NCBI GenBank assembly: GCA_963745235.1 | Contig: CAVUXE010000009.1 | Location: forward strand, 128,001-192,000 | DNA: 64,000 bases | Source: an uncultured Spirochaetota bacterium | GTDB lineage: Bacteria > Spirochaetota > Spirochaetia > SZUA-6 > Fen-1364 | Reading direction: 5' to 3' | In this document: positions 19,129 to 28,765 of the stretch, piece by piece | Layout: each line of letters begins with the position of its first letter | Position numbering within the stretch: position 1 is the first letter of the stretch | Position numbers and translations under genes: made by a program | The notes under the pieces: generated by a model | Seen by the model: only the letters and a program-made list of their open reading frames with translations | Told to the model about the DNA's origin: nothing | The model's database searches: none

Positions 19129-20188
19129 GATACGGGAGCAGCTTCGCGGGGACCTGGGCCGCGGACCGAAGACCGGACAGAAGCGAAACGGTGTGGCCGG
19201 CGTTCTCCAGGCGATCGGCCATGCGTTGACCAGCTCCGCCGGCCGGGCATGCCTCGAGCTCCTGCTGGTGCTTCTCCTGGGCGTCATCTTCAACGCGGAC
19301 GGGGCATTCTTCAAAGAGGGGACGCATCGTGACACCCTGCGCCAGGCCTCGGTCTACGGGATCCTTGCCTGCGGGATGACGCTGGTCATCATCACCGGGG
19401 GGATCGACCTCTCCGTCGGGAGCGTCCTTGCAGTCTCCTCCGTCTCCTTTGCCCTCCTGTCCATGCACATGGACTGGACCTGGTGGCTGGCCATCCCGGC
19501 ATGCCTCGGGCTGGGCGCCCTCCTCGGTTCAGCCTCCGGCGCCCTGGTCTCCAACGCGAAGCTGCAGCCTTTCATCGCCACGCTGGCGCTGATGACCTTT
19601 GCCCGCGGTTTCGCCAAGTACATCACCGGCGGGCAGAAGATCTCCACCTACGTCACGCAGGGCGACAAGGTCATCATCAAGGAGCTCCCCCCGGTCTTCA
19701 AGTTCATCGACTCGCGCATCCTGGGAGGCAACCTTGCCATTGTGAGCGTGATCTTCTTCGTCTGTTTCATCGTCGCCTGGATCTTCCTTGCCCGCCACAA
19801 GTGGGGCAGGGAGCTCTACTCCATCGGCGGCAACGAGGAGGCGGCCAGGCTTTCTGGGGTCCCCGTGCGCATGGCAAAGTTCCTGGCATACACCTTCTCC
19901 GGGCTCATGTGCGGCGTGGCGGGCATTTGCCAGGCTGCACAGGAGACGCAGGGGGATCCCGAGACCGGGGCAGGCTACGAGCTGACTGCCATTGCCATGG
20001 TGGTCATCGGCGGGACGAGCCTCGCGGGAGGACGGGGGAGCATGGGGCTCACGCTCCTGGGCATCCTCACCATCGGATATTTGCAGAAGATTCTCAGCAT
20101 CAATGCGGTCCCGGAAGCCGGCCGGCTCATGATCACCGGGATCATCATTGTGCTCGCCGTTCTGACGCAGAAGCGGAGGACCAAGTAA
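19118..20188 (+). CDS. Sugar ABC transporter permease (RbsC type)
   Basis: GGIDLSVGS, PFIATLA, IGGNEEAARLSG and YELTAIAMVVIGGTSLAGG. Confidence 0.93.
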   Translation: MVGEIREQLRGDLGRGPKTGQKRNGVAGVLQAIGHALTSSAGRACLELLLVLLLGVIFNADGAFFKEGTHRDTLRQASVYGILACGMTLVIITGGIDLSVGSVLAVSSVSFALLSMHMDWTWWLAIPACLGLGALLGSASGALVSNAKLQPFIATLALMTFARGFAKYITGGQKISTYVTQGDKVIIKELPPVFKFIDSRILGGNLAIVSVIFFVCFIVAWIFLARHKWGRELYSIGGNEEAARLSGVPVRMAKFLAYTFSGLMCGVAGICQAAQETQGDPETGAGYELTAIAMVVIGGTSLAGGRGSMGLTLLGILTIGYLQKILSINAVPEAGRLMITGIIIVLAVLTQKRRTK

Positions 20189-20275
20189 CGGTGCCTCCGG
20201 GAGAGGAGGAAAGAGGCAAGCAGACCGGGCTTCGGAATGTTCTCGAAATCCAATCTCTTTGAAAGGAGATGATCC

Positions 20276-21205
20276 ATGAGATCCATCACAAAGTTTCTCC
20301 TCTGTGCGGCTCTCCTGTGCTCGCTGGCGGTATTACCCGTGTTTTCCGCCCCGAAATACATCATCGGGATGAGCCAGTGCAACCTCGGTGAGCCCTGGCG
20401 CGTGCAGATGAACGCGGACATCAAGGCAGAGGCCGCCAAGCACCCGGAGATCCAGGTGATCTACAAGGACGCGCAGAATGACGTGCTGCAGCAGCGCGCC
20501 CAGGTCGAGGAGTTCGTCGACGCCAAGATCAACCTGCTCATCATCAGCCCCAAGGAGGCGCAGCCGCTTGCGGAGCCCGTGTCCAAGGCAATGGCCGCGG
20601 GCATCCCCGTCATCGTGCTGGACCGCGATATCATTGGCCAGAACTACACCGAGTTCATCGGCGCGGACAATGTGAAGATCGGCCGCGCTGTCGGGAAGTG
20701 GCTCGTCCAGAACTACGGCGGAAAGTCGGCCAGGGTCGTTGAGATCATGGGACTGCAGACCTCGACTCCCGGCCAGGACCGGCACAACGGCTTCCTGGAG
20801 GCGATCAAGGGCTCCGACTTGAACGTGATCTTCCGCGCGGATGCAAAGTGGCTCGAGCCCGATGCCCGCCGGGAGATGGAGTCCGCCCTCGCCCGGTTCG
20901 ACAAGATCGACATCGTGTACGGGCACAACGATCCGTCAGCCCACGGGGCGTACCTCGCGGCGCAGGCGGCGGGCCGGGAGAAGGACATGGTGTTCGTCGG
21001 AATCGACTCCCTGCCCCAGGAAGGTGTCGCGTACGTGAAGCAGGGCATCCTGACGGCGACCTTCCAGTATCCCACCGGCGGTGACGTGGCCATCAAGCAG
21101 GCCCTCAAGATCTTCAACGGAGAAAAGGTCGTCAAGAGGATCGTCCTCGGCTCGCGGATGTTCACGAAAGACAACGTGGACGCCGGAGGACAGGCCATCG
21201 AATAG
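20276..21205 (+). CDS. Sugar ABC substrate-binding protein (RbsB/LacI fold)
   Basis: Signal peptide, GMSQCNLGEPWR, IPVIVLDR and YGHND; RBS AAGGAG. Confidence 0.93.
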   Translation: MRSITKFLLCAALLCSLAVLPVFSAPKYIIGMSQCNLGEPWRVQMNADIKAEAAKHPEIQVIYKDAQNDVLQQRAQVEEFVDAKINLLIISPKEAQPLAEPVSKAMAAGIPVIVLDRDIIGQNYTEFIGADNVKIGRAVGKWLVQNYGGKSARVVEIMGLQTSTPGQDRHNGFLEAIKGSDLNVIFRADAKWLEPDARREMESALARFDKIDIVYGHNDPSAHGAYLAAQAAGREKDMVFVGIDSLPQEGVAYVKQGILTATFQYPTGGDVAIKQALKIFNGEKVVKRIVLGSRMFTKDNVDAGGQAIE

Positions 21206-21226
21206 GCGCATCTCCTTCCTGCAGTG

Positions 21227-21259
21227 CCCCCGGACCGGCCTGTCCGGGGGACCATTTTT
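21227..21259 (+). terminator. Probable intrinsic terminator
   Basis: CCCCCGGAC-6-GTCCGGGGG followed by ACCATTTTT. Confidence 0.55.
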
Positions 21260-21286
21260 GATCCGTCCGTGCTATACTCGTGGTGA

Positions 21287-22642
21287 ATGTCGACCGGCGA
21301 CGCGAGGCCCGCCATGGATTACCGCATCCTGATTATCGATGACGAGAAAGAGCTCTGTGTCTCTCTTTCAGAAATCCTGACGGAGGAGGGTTACCACACC
21401 CTCTTCACCAGTGATCCGCTTGAAACGCCAGCCATCCTGGCGCGCACCCGCGTGGACCTCATCATCCTGGACATCCGTATGCCCGGCATCGGAGGCATCG
21501 ACCTTCTGCGGATGGTGCGCAAGACCAACCCGAACATCAAGGTCATCATCCTGACCGGCCATCCCAGCATCGAGAACGCCGTCCTTTCCATGAAGTACGG
21601 GGCCGCGAACTTCTATGAAAAGCCGCCCAACTTGAAGAAGCTCCTCAAGGAGATCCGCGAGTTTTCCGCGCGAGATGCCTCCGTCGGCGGACCCACCGGG
21701 GTCGAGTTGCAGTCCGCCCGCCGGGTGGTGACCAGAGATCCGCGGATGGTGAAAGTCCTCCAGTCAGCGGAGAAGGCGGCTGCCACAACGGCCCCCGTTC
21801 TCATAACAGGGGAGAGCGGCACGGGCAAGGAGCTCATTGCAAGCCTTGTGCACGAAGCGGGGCAGCGGGCAGACAGGCCCTTCATCAAGGTGAACTGCGC
21901 TGCCATCCCCGAGACGCTCCTGGAAAGCGAGCTCTTCGGCCACGAGAAGGGCGCCTTTACGAACGCCCTGGCCCAGAAGAAGGGCAAGTTCGAGCTTGCC
22001 CATGAGGGCACTATTTTTCTCGACGAGATCGGAGACATGAGCTCGAGCACGCAGGCCAAGATCCTGCGGGTCCTGCAGGAGCAGGAGTTCGAGCGGGTGG
22101 GAGGAACGCAGACGATCCGGGCCGACATCCGAATCATCGCGGCCACCAACAAGGACCTTCGACTCCTCATCCAGAAGGATGCCTTCCGGGAGGACCTCTA
22201 CTACCGGCTGTGCGTGATCTCCCTGCACATACCACCCCTGCGCGAGCGGCCTGAAGACGTCGAGCTGCTCATCGACCACTTCCTCAAGCTCTTCTCCACC
22301 CAGTATGCGCGGGAAATCCGCGGGCTGGACGCGCAAACCCGGGAGCTGCTCCTGGCCCACACGTGGCCCGGGAACGTGCGGGAGCTGAAGAACTGCATCG
22401 AAAGGGCCACGATCTTCTGTGAGGGGGAGCTGGTCACCCTCGAGGACCTTCCCTCCCAGTACATGGAGCTGGAGGGGACTCATCTGGGCCAGAAGCTCCA
22501 GAGCAGCTTCGAGCAGCTGAACCGCGCCATGATCATGGAGGCCCTGGAAAAGTCGAAGGGCAAGAAGTCGAAGGCCGCGGACATGCTGAACATCAACCGC
22601 CGGACGCTGTACAACCGCATGAGGAAGCTGGGCTTGAGCTGA
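21287..22642 (+). CDS. sigma54-dependent response regulator (NtrC/AtoC family)
   Basis: Receiver (IIDDE, LDIRMP), GESGTGKE, ELFGHEKGAFTNA, WPGNVREL and Fis HTH. The start may instead be ATG 21313. Confidence 0.93.
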   Translation: MSTGDARPAMDYRILIIDDEKELCVSLSEILTEEGYHTLFTSDPLETPAILARTRVDLIILDIRMPGIGGIDLLRMVRKTNPNIKVIILTGHPSIENAVLSMKYGAANFYEKPPNLKKLLKEIREFSARDASVGGPTGVELQSARRVVTRDPRMVKVLQSAEKAAATTAPVLITGESGTGKELIASLVHEAGQRADRPFIKVNCAAIPETLLESELFGHEKGAFTNALAQKKGKFELAHEGTIFLDEIGDMSSSTQAKILRVLQEQEFERVGGTQTIRADIRIIAATNKDLRLLIQKDAFREDLYYRLCVISLHIPPLRERPEDVELLIDHFLKLFSTQYAREIRGLDAQTRELLLAHTWPGNVRELKNCIERATIFCEGELVTLEDLPSQYMELEGTHLGQKLQSSFEQLNRAMIMEALEKSKGKKSKAADMLNINRRTLYNRMRKLGLS

Positions 22643-24459
22643 TGATGAAGCCGCGCGGGCCCCTCCTCGTTTCCATGAGGAACATCCATGTCAGCTATGA
22701 CAGCGTGCAGGCGCTGCGGGGGGTGGACTTCGACCTCGGCGCCGGGGAGATCCACGGTCTCCTGGGTGAGCACAGGGCCGGCAAGTCGACGCTGGTGAAG
22801 CTGCTCTCGGGAGCCGTGACGAAAGAGCGGGGGACGATCTGGCTCCGTGGAGAGGAGGTCCAGTCCTTCACGCCGAAATCCGCCATGCAGAACCGGATCG
22901 CTATCGTCTACCAGAACATGAACGTGATCCCGAGCATCAGCGCCATCGAGAACATCTTCACCGGGCAGCGGGTGACCCGACGGCTGGGCTTCCTGGACAC
23001 GAAGAGCATGGAGAGCACCGCGGTGAAGCTCTTCCAGGCCCTCCAGGTGGACATCAACCCGCACGCGCGGCTGGAGGACCTGACGGAGGCGGAGCAGCTC
23101 ATGGTGGAGATCGCCAAGGCGCTTTCCATCGAACCGGAGCTGCTGATCTTCGACGAGATATCGAGCAAGCTGACCCCCCGGGAGATGGAAACGATCTATC
23201 GGCTTCTCTTCGAGTTCAAGAGCCGTGGCAGGAGCGTGATCTACATCTCCCACAACATGGATGAGATCTTCCAGCTCGCCGACAGGGTCACCATCCTGAA
23301 AAACGGGCTCCGCCAGGGGACGGAGGAGATCCAGGACATCGACAAGCTCAAGCTGATCAAGATGACCTATTCCTACGTCCTGAGCAGGGAGGAGCTGGAG
23401 CAGGACAACCGGGAGCTTTTCCTGCTGAAGAAGTACAACGAGAACATCATCCGTAACCTTCCCATCGGGGTGATCATCCTCGACCAGAAAAAAAGGATCT
23501 CCATCGTCAACTTCGCGGCCGTGAAGATCCTTGCCCTGAAGGACGAGGTGCTGATGGACCAGCCGGTGGCGACGCTCCTTTCGCGCTGCGGGATGGAAAA
23601 ACGCGCGGAGATCGAGGAGAGAATCACCGCCAAGGAGGAGCACGTCTGGGAGGAGCTGCACTGCGCGGAAAAAGGGCTGGTCCGCCTGCGTGTCTTCCCG
23701 TTCCAGGACGACGAGTACAAGCACCTGGGCACCATCCTCGTCATCGAGGACATCTCGCGGGACCGCTATTTCCAGGACTACCTGCTGCGCTCCGAGAAGA
23801 TCGCCTCCATTGCGGAGCTTGCCACCGGGGTGGCGCACGAGATCTCCAATCCCCTCAGCGTCGTGCTCAACTACGTGGATCTTCTCAAGCGCCACCACGC
23901 GAGCGGCGCAGACGCGGAAAGACTCTCCAAGATCGAACGCGAGCTGAACCGAATCGGGGAGATCATCGGCAGCCTGCTTTCCTTCTCCAAGGTGCGCAAG
24001 ATCCCCATGGAACCGCTCAGCGTCGCCCGGATCATTTCCGACGTCGTTCTCCTCGTGGACCACAAGATCCACGAAAAAGCGGTGAACCTTCGCCTGCCAG
24101 CCGTGCCGGACGATCTGCTGGTCTACGGGGAGGAGAACAGCCTGAAGCAGGTCTTCGTGAATCTCCTCATCAACAGCGCGGAGGCCGTCCTCGAGCACGG
24201 GACCGTGGAGGTAGCCGTCAAGCGCATCGAGGCTGACAACTGCGTGGAGGTCTCGATCATCGACGACGGCTGCGGCATTCCTTCCGAGATCATCGACAGG
24301 ATTTTCGATCCTTTTTTCAGCACCAAGGCGGGAAAGAAGAACACCGGCCTCGGACTCTCCATCTGCCAGCACATCGTGGAATCCCACGAGGGGGTGATCA
24401 TGTGCTCGTCCGAGGAGAACACCGTGATGAGCGTGCGGCTTCCGATCTACCGCCCGTAG
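22642..24459 (+). CDS. Hybrid ABC-ATPase domain - PAS - histidine kinase
   Basis: GEHRAGKST, IVYQ, LIFDE and ISH, then PAS-like NIIRNLPIGVIILD, H-box VAHEISNPL, QVFVNLLINS, DDGCGI, FDPFFST and GLGLSI. No TM segment. Confidence 0.9.
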   Translation: MMKPRGPLLVSMRNIHVSYDSVQALRGVDFDLGAGEIHGLLGEHRAGKSTLVKLLSGAVTKERGTIWLRGEEVQSFTPKSAMQNRIAIVYQNMNVIPSISAIENIFTGQRVTRRLGFLDTKSMESTAVKLFQALQVDINPHARLEDLTEAEQLMVEIAKALSIEPELLIFDEISSKLTPREMETIYRLLFEFKSRGRSVIYISHNMDEIFQLADRVTILKNGLRQGTEEIQDIDKLKLIKMTYSYVLSREELEQDNRELFLLKKYNENIIRNLPIGVIILDQKKRISIVNFAAVKILALKDEVLMDQPVATLLSRCGMEKRAEIEERITAKEEHVWEELHCAEKGLVRLRVFPFQDDEYKHLGTILVIEDISRDRYFQDYLLRSEKIASIAELATGVAHEISNPLSVVLNYVDLLKRHHASGADAERLSKIERELNRIGEIIGSLLSFSKVRKIPMEPLSVARIISDVVLLVDHKIHEKAVNLRLPAVPDDLLVYGEENSLKQVFVNLLINSAEAVLEHGTVEVAVKRIEADNCVEVSIIDDGCGIPSEIIDRIFDPFFSTKAGKKNTGLGLSICQHIVESHEGVIMCSSEENTVMSVRLPIYRP

Positions 24460-25266
24460 CTATCGCACGGTGACCTTGTATCCCCTCACCTCGGTGCGGC
24501 CCGTGCCGGTGATCACCTCGTTTCCCAGCTCCAGCCCGGTCACGTAGAGATTGTCCCCCAGCAGCTTTCGCGACTGCAGGAAAGCGGCAAAAGCTCCAAC
24601 GTCGAGCGGTCCTTTCAGGACGGGTGTTCTGGCGAGGAAGGCCACGTATGTCCACTTCTGGGGGTTCTTGCCGGAAGCGTCGCCATGAGATTCGCGGACG
24701 AAGACATCAAAGGTGGTGCCGTCAAGCGTGAACACGTCTGTCCACACCCCTGCCGGTGTCATTCCCTTGTTGTCGATCCAGATCATGACCTCGTGGGTTA
24801 TGGCAGTCGGCCCCGCGGGCAAAGAGGACACGGTCCAGAACTCGAAGGCCATGTTGCACATTCCCGTGGCCTCGAACGAGATGTCGTAATCCACCGTGAT
24901 TCCGCGTGAGCCTATGAGGAGCGGAAGGTTGTCCGCCCGGCCCTGACGCTTTGCGTCCCAGGGGCTGTCCCCATACATCACCTCCGGATACGCAACGACG
25001 CCGTCGCTGGAGGGCCACCGCCACTGCCACCCGAAAGCGATCTCCCCGTTCGCGGTGCTCGTGAAGATTGCCTGCTCGTGCGGCCCATGCGCGGCCGCCC
25101 TGTTCCACGTGTTGTTGCTGAGCAGGTAGCCGCCGCCCAGGGACAGGGAAGCAAAGTCCCTGCTGAGACGGACGTCGCCGGTCTGCCGTTCATGCATCTG
25201 GGAGAGGCACCCCGTGAGCACAATGGCGCACACCAACCCCGCCACACAGGCTCGCAGCCGCGGCAT
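24460..25266 (-). CDS. Glycoside hydrolase family 12 lipoprotein (endoglucanase/xyloglucanase-like)
   Basis: LTG-C lipobox, NNTWN, AYPEVMYG, AFEFW, HEVMIW and LELGNEV. Confidence 0.85.
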   Translation of the reverse strand: MPRLRACVAGLVCAIVLTGCLSQMHERQTGDVRLSRDFASLSLGGGYLLSNNTWNRAAAHGPHEQAIFTSTANGEIAFGWQWRWPSSDGVVAYPEVMYGDSPWDAKRQGRADNLPLLIGSRGITVDYDISFEATGMCNMAFEFWTVSSLPAGPTAITHEVMIWIDNKGMTPAGVWTDVFTLDGTTFDVFVRESHGDASGKNPQKWTYVAFLARTPVLKGPLDVGAFAAFLQSRKLLGDNLYVTGLELGNEVITGTGRTEVRGYKVTVR

Positions 25267-25443
25267 TCACATCCCTTTCCCCGTCACCTGCTCTTCGCTT
25301 TTCACGAACGTCCCGCACGTGGTGCAGTACCAGCTGCTCACGCTGATCTTCACCGTGGTCCCGTCCGGATCCATCCGGGTCGTGTTCTTCTTGCGAACCT
25401 CCATCTCCCGCGGCTCGCGGCAACGCGGACACAGCTCGTTCAT
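25267..25443 (-). CDS. 58-aa zinc-ribbon protein
   Basis: Manual translation MNELCPRCREPREMEVRKKNTTRMDPDGTTVKISVSSWYCTTCGTFVKSEEQVTGKGM. RBS GGAGG; the stop abuts the GH12 ATG. Confidence 0.8.
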   Translation of the reverse strand: MNELCPRCREPREMEVRKKNTTRMDPDGTTVKISVSSWYCTTCGTFVKSEEQVTGKGM

Positions 25444-25492
25444 GACGCACCTCCGCTCTCACTCGGATGCCGGATTGTATCACAGCGGGGCG

Positions 25493-26059
25493 CTAGTCCA
25501 TCATCAGGGAGGAAATGTCGATCTGCAGGAGCGTCTGGTCCCTGAAATAAAAGGTTGTCGAGTTGGTGATCTCCTGCGTAAAGGGCACATTGTAGGAAAC
25601 GGAGTTTTCCTGCGTGTCCTGCGGTGGACCGAAGAGCTTCATGATCTGCTCCCGCGTGGTCTCTCCGAGCCGGATCCCGTACTTCAGGGGGAACTGGTTG
25701 CCGCGCAGCTGGATGAGGACGAGGTTCTCGACGTCCTTGCCGATGACGTGAAGGTAGACCAGGTCCCCAAAGGCATACCGCAGCGTGATGATGGAGTTGA
25801 CAATTCTCGGGTCGTGCTCGCTTGGGGCATCCCGAGTCAGGGTCTCACGGGGGCGGCCGAGCACCTTTACCGCGTCTGTGTGCACCTGCATTCGAGAGGC
25901 GGGAAGGGCGACCGAGGCGAACGGGTTGATGGAGAACGCCTGGACCGACGGAGGTCCGCTCTCTACCGCGGCTTTCCCCGGTGGCGGGGGCGCCGTTCCG
26001 CAGCCCGCCGCGCACAGGAGGGCGAGCGCGCAAGCGAGCACTCGTACGTGCGAACGCAT
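25493..26059 (-). CDS. Hypothetical lipoprotein
   Basis: Hydrophobic leader ending AAG-C and two LGRP/FGPP-type repeats. Confidence 0.75.
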   Translation of the reverse strand: MRSHVRVLACALALLCAAGCGTAPPPPGKAAVESGPPSVQAFSINPFASVALPASRMQVHTDAVKVLGRPRETLTRDAPSEHDPRIVNSIITLRYAFGDLVYLHVIGKDVENLVLIQLRGNQFPLKYGIRLGETTREQIMKLFGPPQDTQENSVSYNVPFTQEITNSTTFYFRDQTLLQIDISSLMMD

Positions 26060-26097
26060 AGGCGGTCTATGAATATAGGCCCGGTCCGCGGGCATTT

Positions 26098-26481
26098 CTA
26101 TTTCGTGTCTGCTTCTTCTTCCAGGTAGAACCGCATGATCGTGCTCCCGATCACGATCCGGTCCCCGTACTGCAGGCGGCTCTTCTCCGAGAGCTTTCGC
26201 GAGTTGAGGAAGGTGGAGTTCGTCGAGTTCAGGTCTTCGATGAAGTAGTCTCCCGCCCCGTCCACTGACACGGCGCAGTGCCGCCGGCTCAGGAGCGGGT
26301 CATCTATGACGAACTCACAGTCACCCTGGCGCCCAAGGACGCTGTGAGGCTGGTCGATCACGAACGTCGTTCCGAATCCCATGCGGGAAAGGATGACCAG
26401 GAGAGCTCTCTTTCCCAGCGCCGCCGAATACTTGAACTTCTGCGGGTCTTTCCTGATCTGTGTATTCTCTCCGCCGTTCAC
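26098..26481 (-). CDS. FHA domain protein
   Basis: LGR...LSRRHC...EDLNSTNSTFLN...GDRIVIG. The start codon is uncertain. Confidence 0.85.
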   Translation of the reverse strand: MNGGENTQIRKDPQKFKYSAALGKRALLVILSRMGFGTTFVIDQPHSVLGRQGDCEFVIDDPLLSRRHCAVSVDGAGDYFIEDLNSTNSTFLNSRKLSEKSRLQYGDRIVIGSTIMRFYLEEEADTK

Positions 26482-26594
26482 AACGGGATCATCCCGGCGC
26501 CGGCAGCGGCTGTCAAGGTGCGCTTGCCTCCCCGCCGAACGGCGGTAGACTGTCGCCTCGGCGCGTGCTTCAATCCCGGCCAAGGAAACCACGC

Positions 26595-27431
26595 ATGGCA
26601 ATACTCCTGGCCGGTCTCTCCGCGCTGATGTACGGCGCGGCTGACTTCTGCGGGGGGATGGCGACGCGCAGGGCGCCGCTTCCCGCCGTGCTCGCCTCTT
26701 CCCAGGCGGTGGGCCTCGTGGTCGCCGCGGTTGCATCCCTCGCTTTCGGTTTTCACCTGACTGCTCCGTCAGATCTCGCCTGGGGCGCCCTGGCCGGCGT
26801 ATCGGGAGCCGCCGGTATTGCCGCGCTCTACTACGCCCTGGCCACGACAGTGGTTGCCGTGGCATCCCCCCTGGCCGCCGTTACGGGTGCCGTCATACCG
26901 GTCCTCCTGGGAGTTGCCGCGGGGGAAAGGCCAGGCTCCCTGGCGTGGGTGGGAATCGGGATGGGAGTGTGCGCCATTGCTCTGCTCACCGCGGGACCTT
27001 CAAAATCTCCCAGGGAGCGAGCAGTCCGTCGCGCGGCGCTCCTTGGCGTGCTGGCTGGTCTCGGATTCGGACTGTTCTTCTTTTCGATTTCCAGGACCTC
27101 TCACGCTTCGGGCCTGTGGCCGCTGGTGGCGGCCAGGATCGCAACCGTTTCGCTCGTGGTTCTTTTTGCCGTTGCGGCTCGCAGGCCTCTGCGCCTGTCG
27201 AAGGCGTCGCTTCCCATGGTTCTCCTCTCGGGAGGACTGGACATGGGAGCAAACATCGCGTTCCTTCTTGCGAGCAGGAGCGGGATGCTGAGCATCTCTG
27301 CCGCTGTCGCCGCCCTTTACCCGGGGCCCACGGTCATCCTCGCCTGGATCCTGCTGAAAGAGCGCGTGACGGCGCCCCGCGTGGTGGGGCTGGCCCTTGC
27401 CCTTGCCGGTGTGGCGCTCATTTCCGCGTGA
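26595..27431 (+). CDS. DMT/EamA family transporter
   Basis: YGAADFCGG, about 10 TM segments and ALYPGPTVILAWILLKERV. Confidence 0.88.
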   Translation: MAILLAGLSALMYGAADFCGGMATRRAPLPAVLASSQAVGLVVAAVASLAFGFHLTAPSDLAWGALAGVSGAAGIAALYYALATTVVAVASPLAAVTGAVIPVLLGVAAGERPGSLAWVGIGMGVCAIALLTAGPSKSPRERAVRRAALLGVLAGLGFGLFFFSISRTSHASGLWPLVAARIATVSLVVLFAVAARRPLRLSKASLPMVLLSGGLDMGANIAFLLASRSGMLSISAAVAALYPGPTVILAWILLKERVTAPRVVGLALALAGVALISA

Positions 27432-27467
27432 GGGTCGCCCTGTCCGGAGCCCGCAGCCGTTCGAACC

Positions 27468-27665
27468 TCAGGCAGACCTTGCCCTCTTTATCCTGGCGCC
27501 CAGGATGATGAGGACGATGCCGATGATCCCGAGCCCCCCGCCGATGACAATCCAGCGCTTGTGCCCGGCCATCTGTCCGTAGGAAAGGACATTCGTCCCC
27601 TGAAGCGCCCAGATCACCCCGACCACAAGGAGAAGAACGCCGAGTACGATGAGAACCCATTTCAT
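27468..27665 (-). CDS. Small two-TM membrane protein
   Basis: MKWVLIVLGVLLLVVGVIWALQG...MAGHKRWIVIG. Confidence 0.75.
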   Translation of the reverse strand: MKWVLIVLGVLLLVVGVIWALQGTNVLSYGQMAGHKRWIVIGGGLGIIGIVLIILGARIKRARSA

Positions 27666-27731
27666 AGAAGCAAAGATAGCTCTTTGCGGATGCGCGGGAC
27701 AGCGAGCGGGACAGCAACAAGAAGCGAACGG

Positions 27732-27760
27732 TTGCCCGGAGCGCGGCGCAATCGTACCAT
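27732..27760 (+). promoter_or_regulatory. sigma70 promoter, probably giving a leaderless mRNA
   Basis: TTGCCC-17-TACCAT, then 6 nt to ATG 27767 with no SD. Confidence 0.55.
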
Positions 27761-27766
27761 TGCCGT

Positions 27767-28765
27767 ATGAGGGCAGGCCTTGCGGTCTGTCTCCTGACGC
27801 TCGTGGCGGCTTGGGCATTCGGGGCCCCCTCCGACGTGCCTGTCACACCGACTCCCGCTCACGACCCTGCCATCATCAGGGAAGGAGACTGGTACTACCT
27901 GTTCACCACGGGTCCGGGGATCACCATCCAGCGCTCGCGCGACCTGGTATCCTGGTCCGTGGTCGGCTCGGTGTTCCGCACCCCTCCCGACTGGACGTAC
28001 AGGGACGTGCCACGGTTCGACGGCACTGTCTGGGCACCCGACATCTCGTTCGTCCACGGCCGCTACCTCCTCTACTACGCGGTGTCCTCGTTCGGGAGCA
28101 ACCAGTCCTGCATCGGGCTTGCCACCAATGCCACCCTTGACCCCCACAGCCGCCAGTATCGCTGGGAGGACAAGGGAAAAGTCATCGGGTCCCTGCCATG
28201 GAAGGACGATTGGAACGCGATCGATCCAAACCTCGCCGGGGATGATGAAAACCACTTTTTTCTGGTCTTCGGCTCCTTCTGGGGCGGCATCAAGATGGCG
28301 GCAATCGACCCTGACACCGGAAAGCTGCTGAAAGACCCGCCCGACCTCATCTCGCTCGCGCGGCGCCCGTCCGTGGCCGCGGATCCCATCGAGGCGCCTT
28401 TCATTTTCCGCCACGCTGATATGTACTACCTGTTCGTTTCTTTTGACTACTGCTGCCGCGGCATCAGGAGCGACTACAAGATAGCCGTTGGACGATCCTC
28501 GCGGCTCACGGGGCCCTACGTGGACAGGGACGGCAAACCGATGACCGAGGGCGGCGGCACAATAGTCCTGCAGAGCTACGACGACGTGCACGGCCCCGGC
28601 CACAACGCGGCCATTCATGACGGGGACACGGACTGGCTCGTCCACCACATGTATGACGGGACCCGGGGCGGAATGGCGGTGCTGCAGGTTCGCCCCCTCG
28701 CCTGGAGCGATGACGGATGGCCTGTTGCCGGCCCGCCGCTTTCGGCGCCGCGGGCTTTTCAGTAG
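27767..28765 (+). CDS. GH43 endo-1,5-alpha-L-arabinanase
   Basis: AHDPAII, WAPDI, NAIDP, FGSFWGGI, IEAPFI, SFDYCCRG and GPGHN. Confidence 0.92.
   Translation: MRAGLAVCLLTLVAAWAFGAPSDVPVTPTPAHDPAIIREGDWYYLFTTGPGITIQRSRDLVSWSVVGSVFRTPPDWTYRDVPRFDGTVWAPDISFVHGRYLLYYAVSSFGSNQSCIGLATNATLDPHSRQYRWEDKGKVIGSLPWKDDWNAIDPNLAGDDENHFFLVFGSFWGGIKMAAIDPDTGKLLKDPPDLISLARRPSVAADPIEAPFIFRHADMYYLFVSFDYCCRGIRSDYKIAVGRSSRLTGPYVDRDGKPMTEGGGTIVLQSYDDVHGPGHNAAIHDGDTDWLVHHMYDGTRGGMAVLQVRPLAWSDDGWPVAGPPLSAPRAFQ

Noticed and set aside
22480-24387. Long antisense ORFs (also 28968-30452, 30940-32682, 33654-35006 and others)
   Set aside because: They are shadow frames of high-GC genes with no motifs or RBS.
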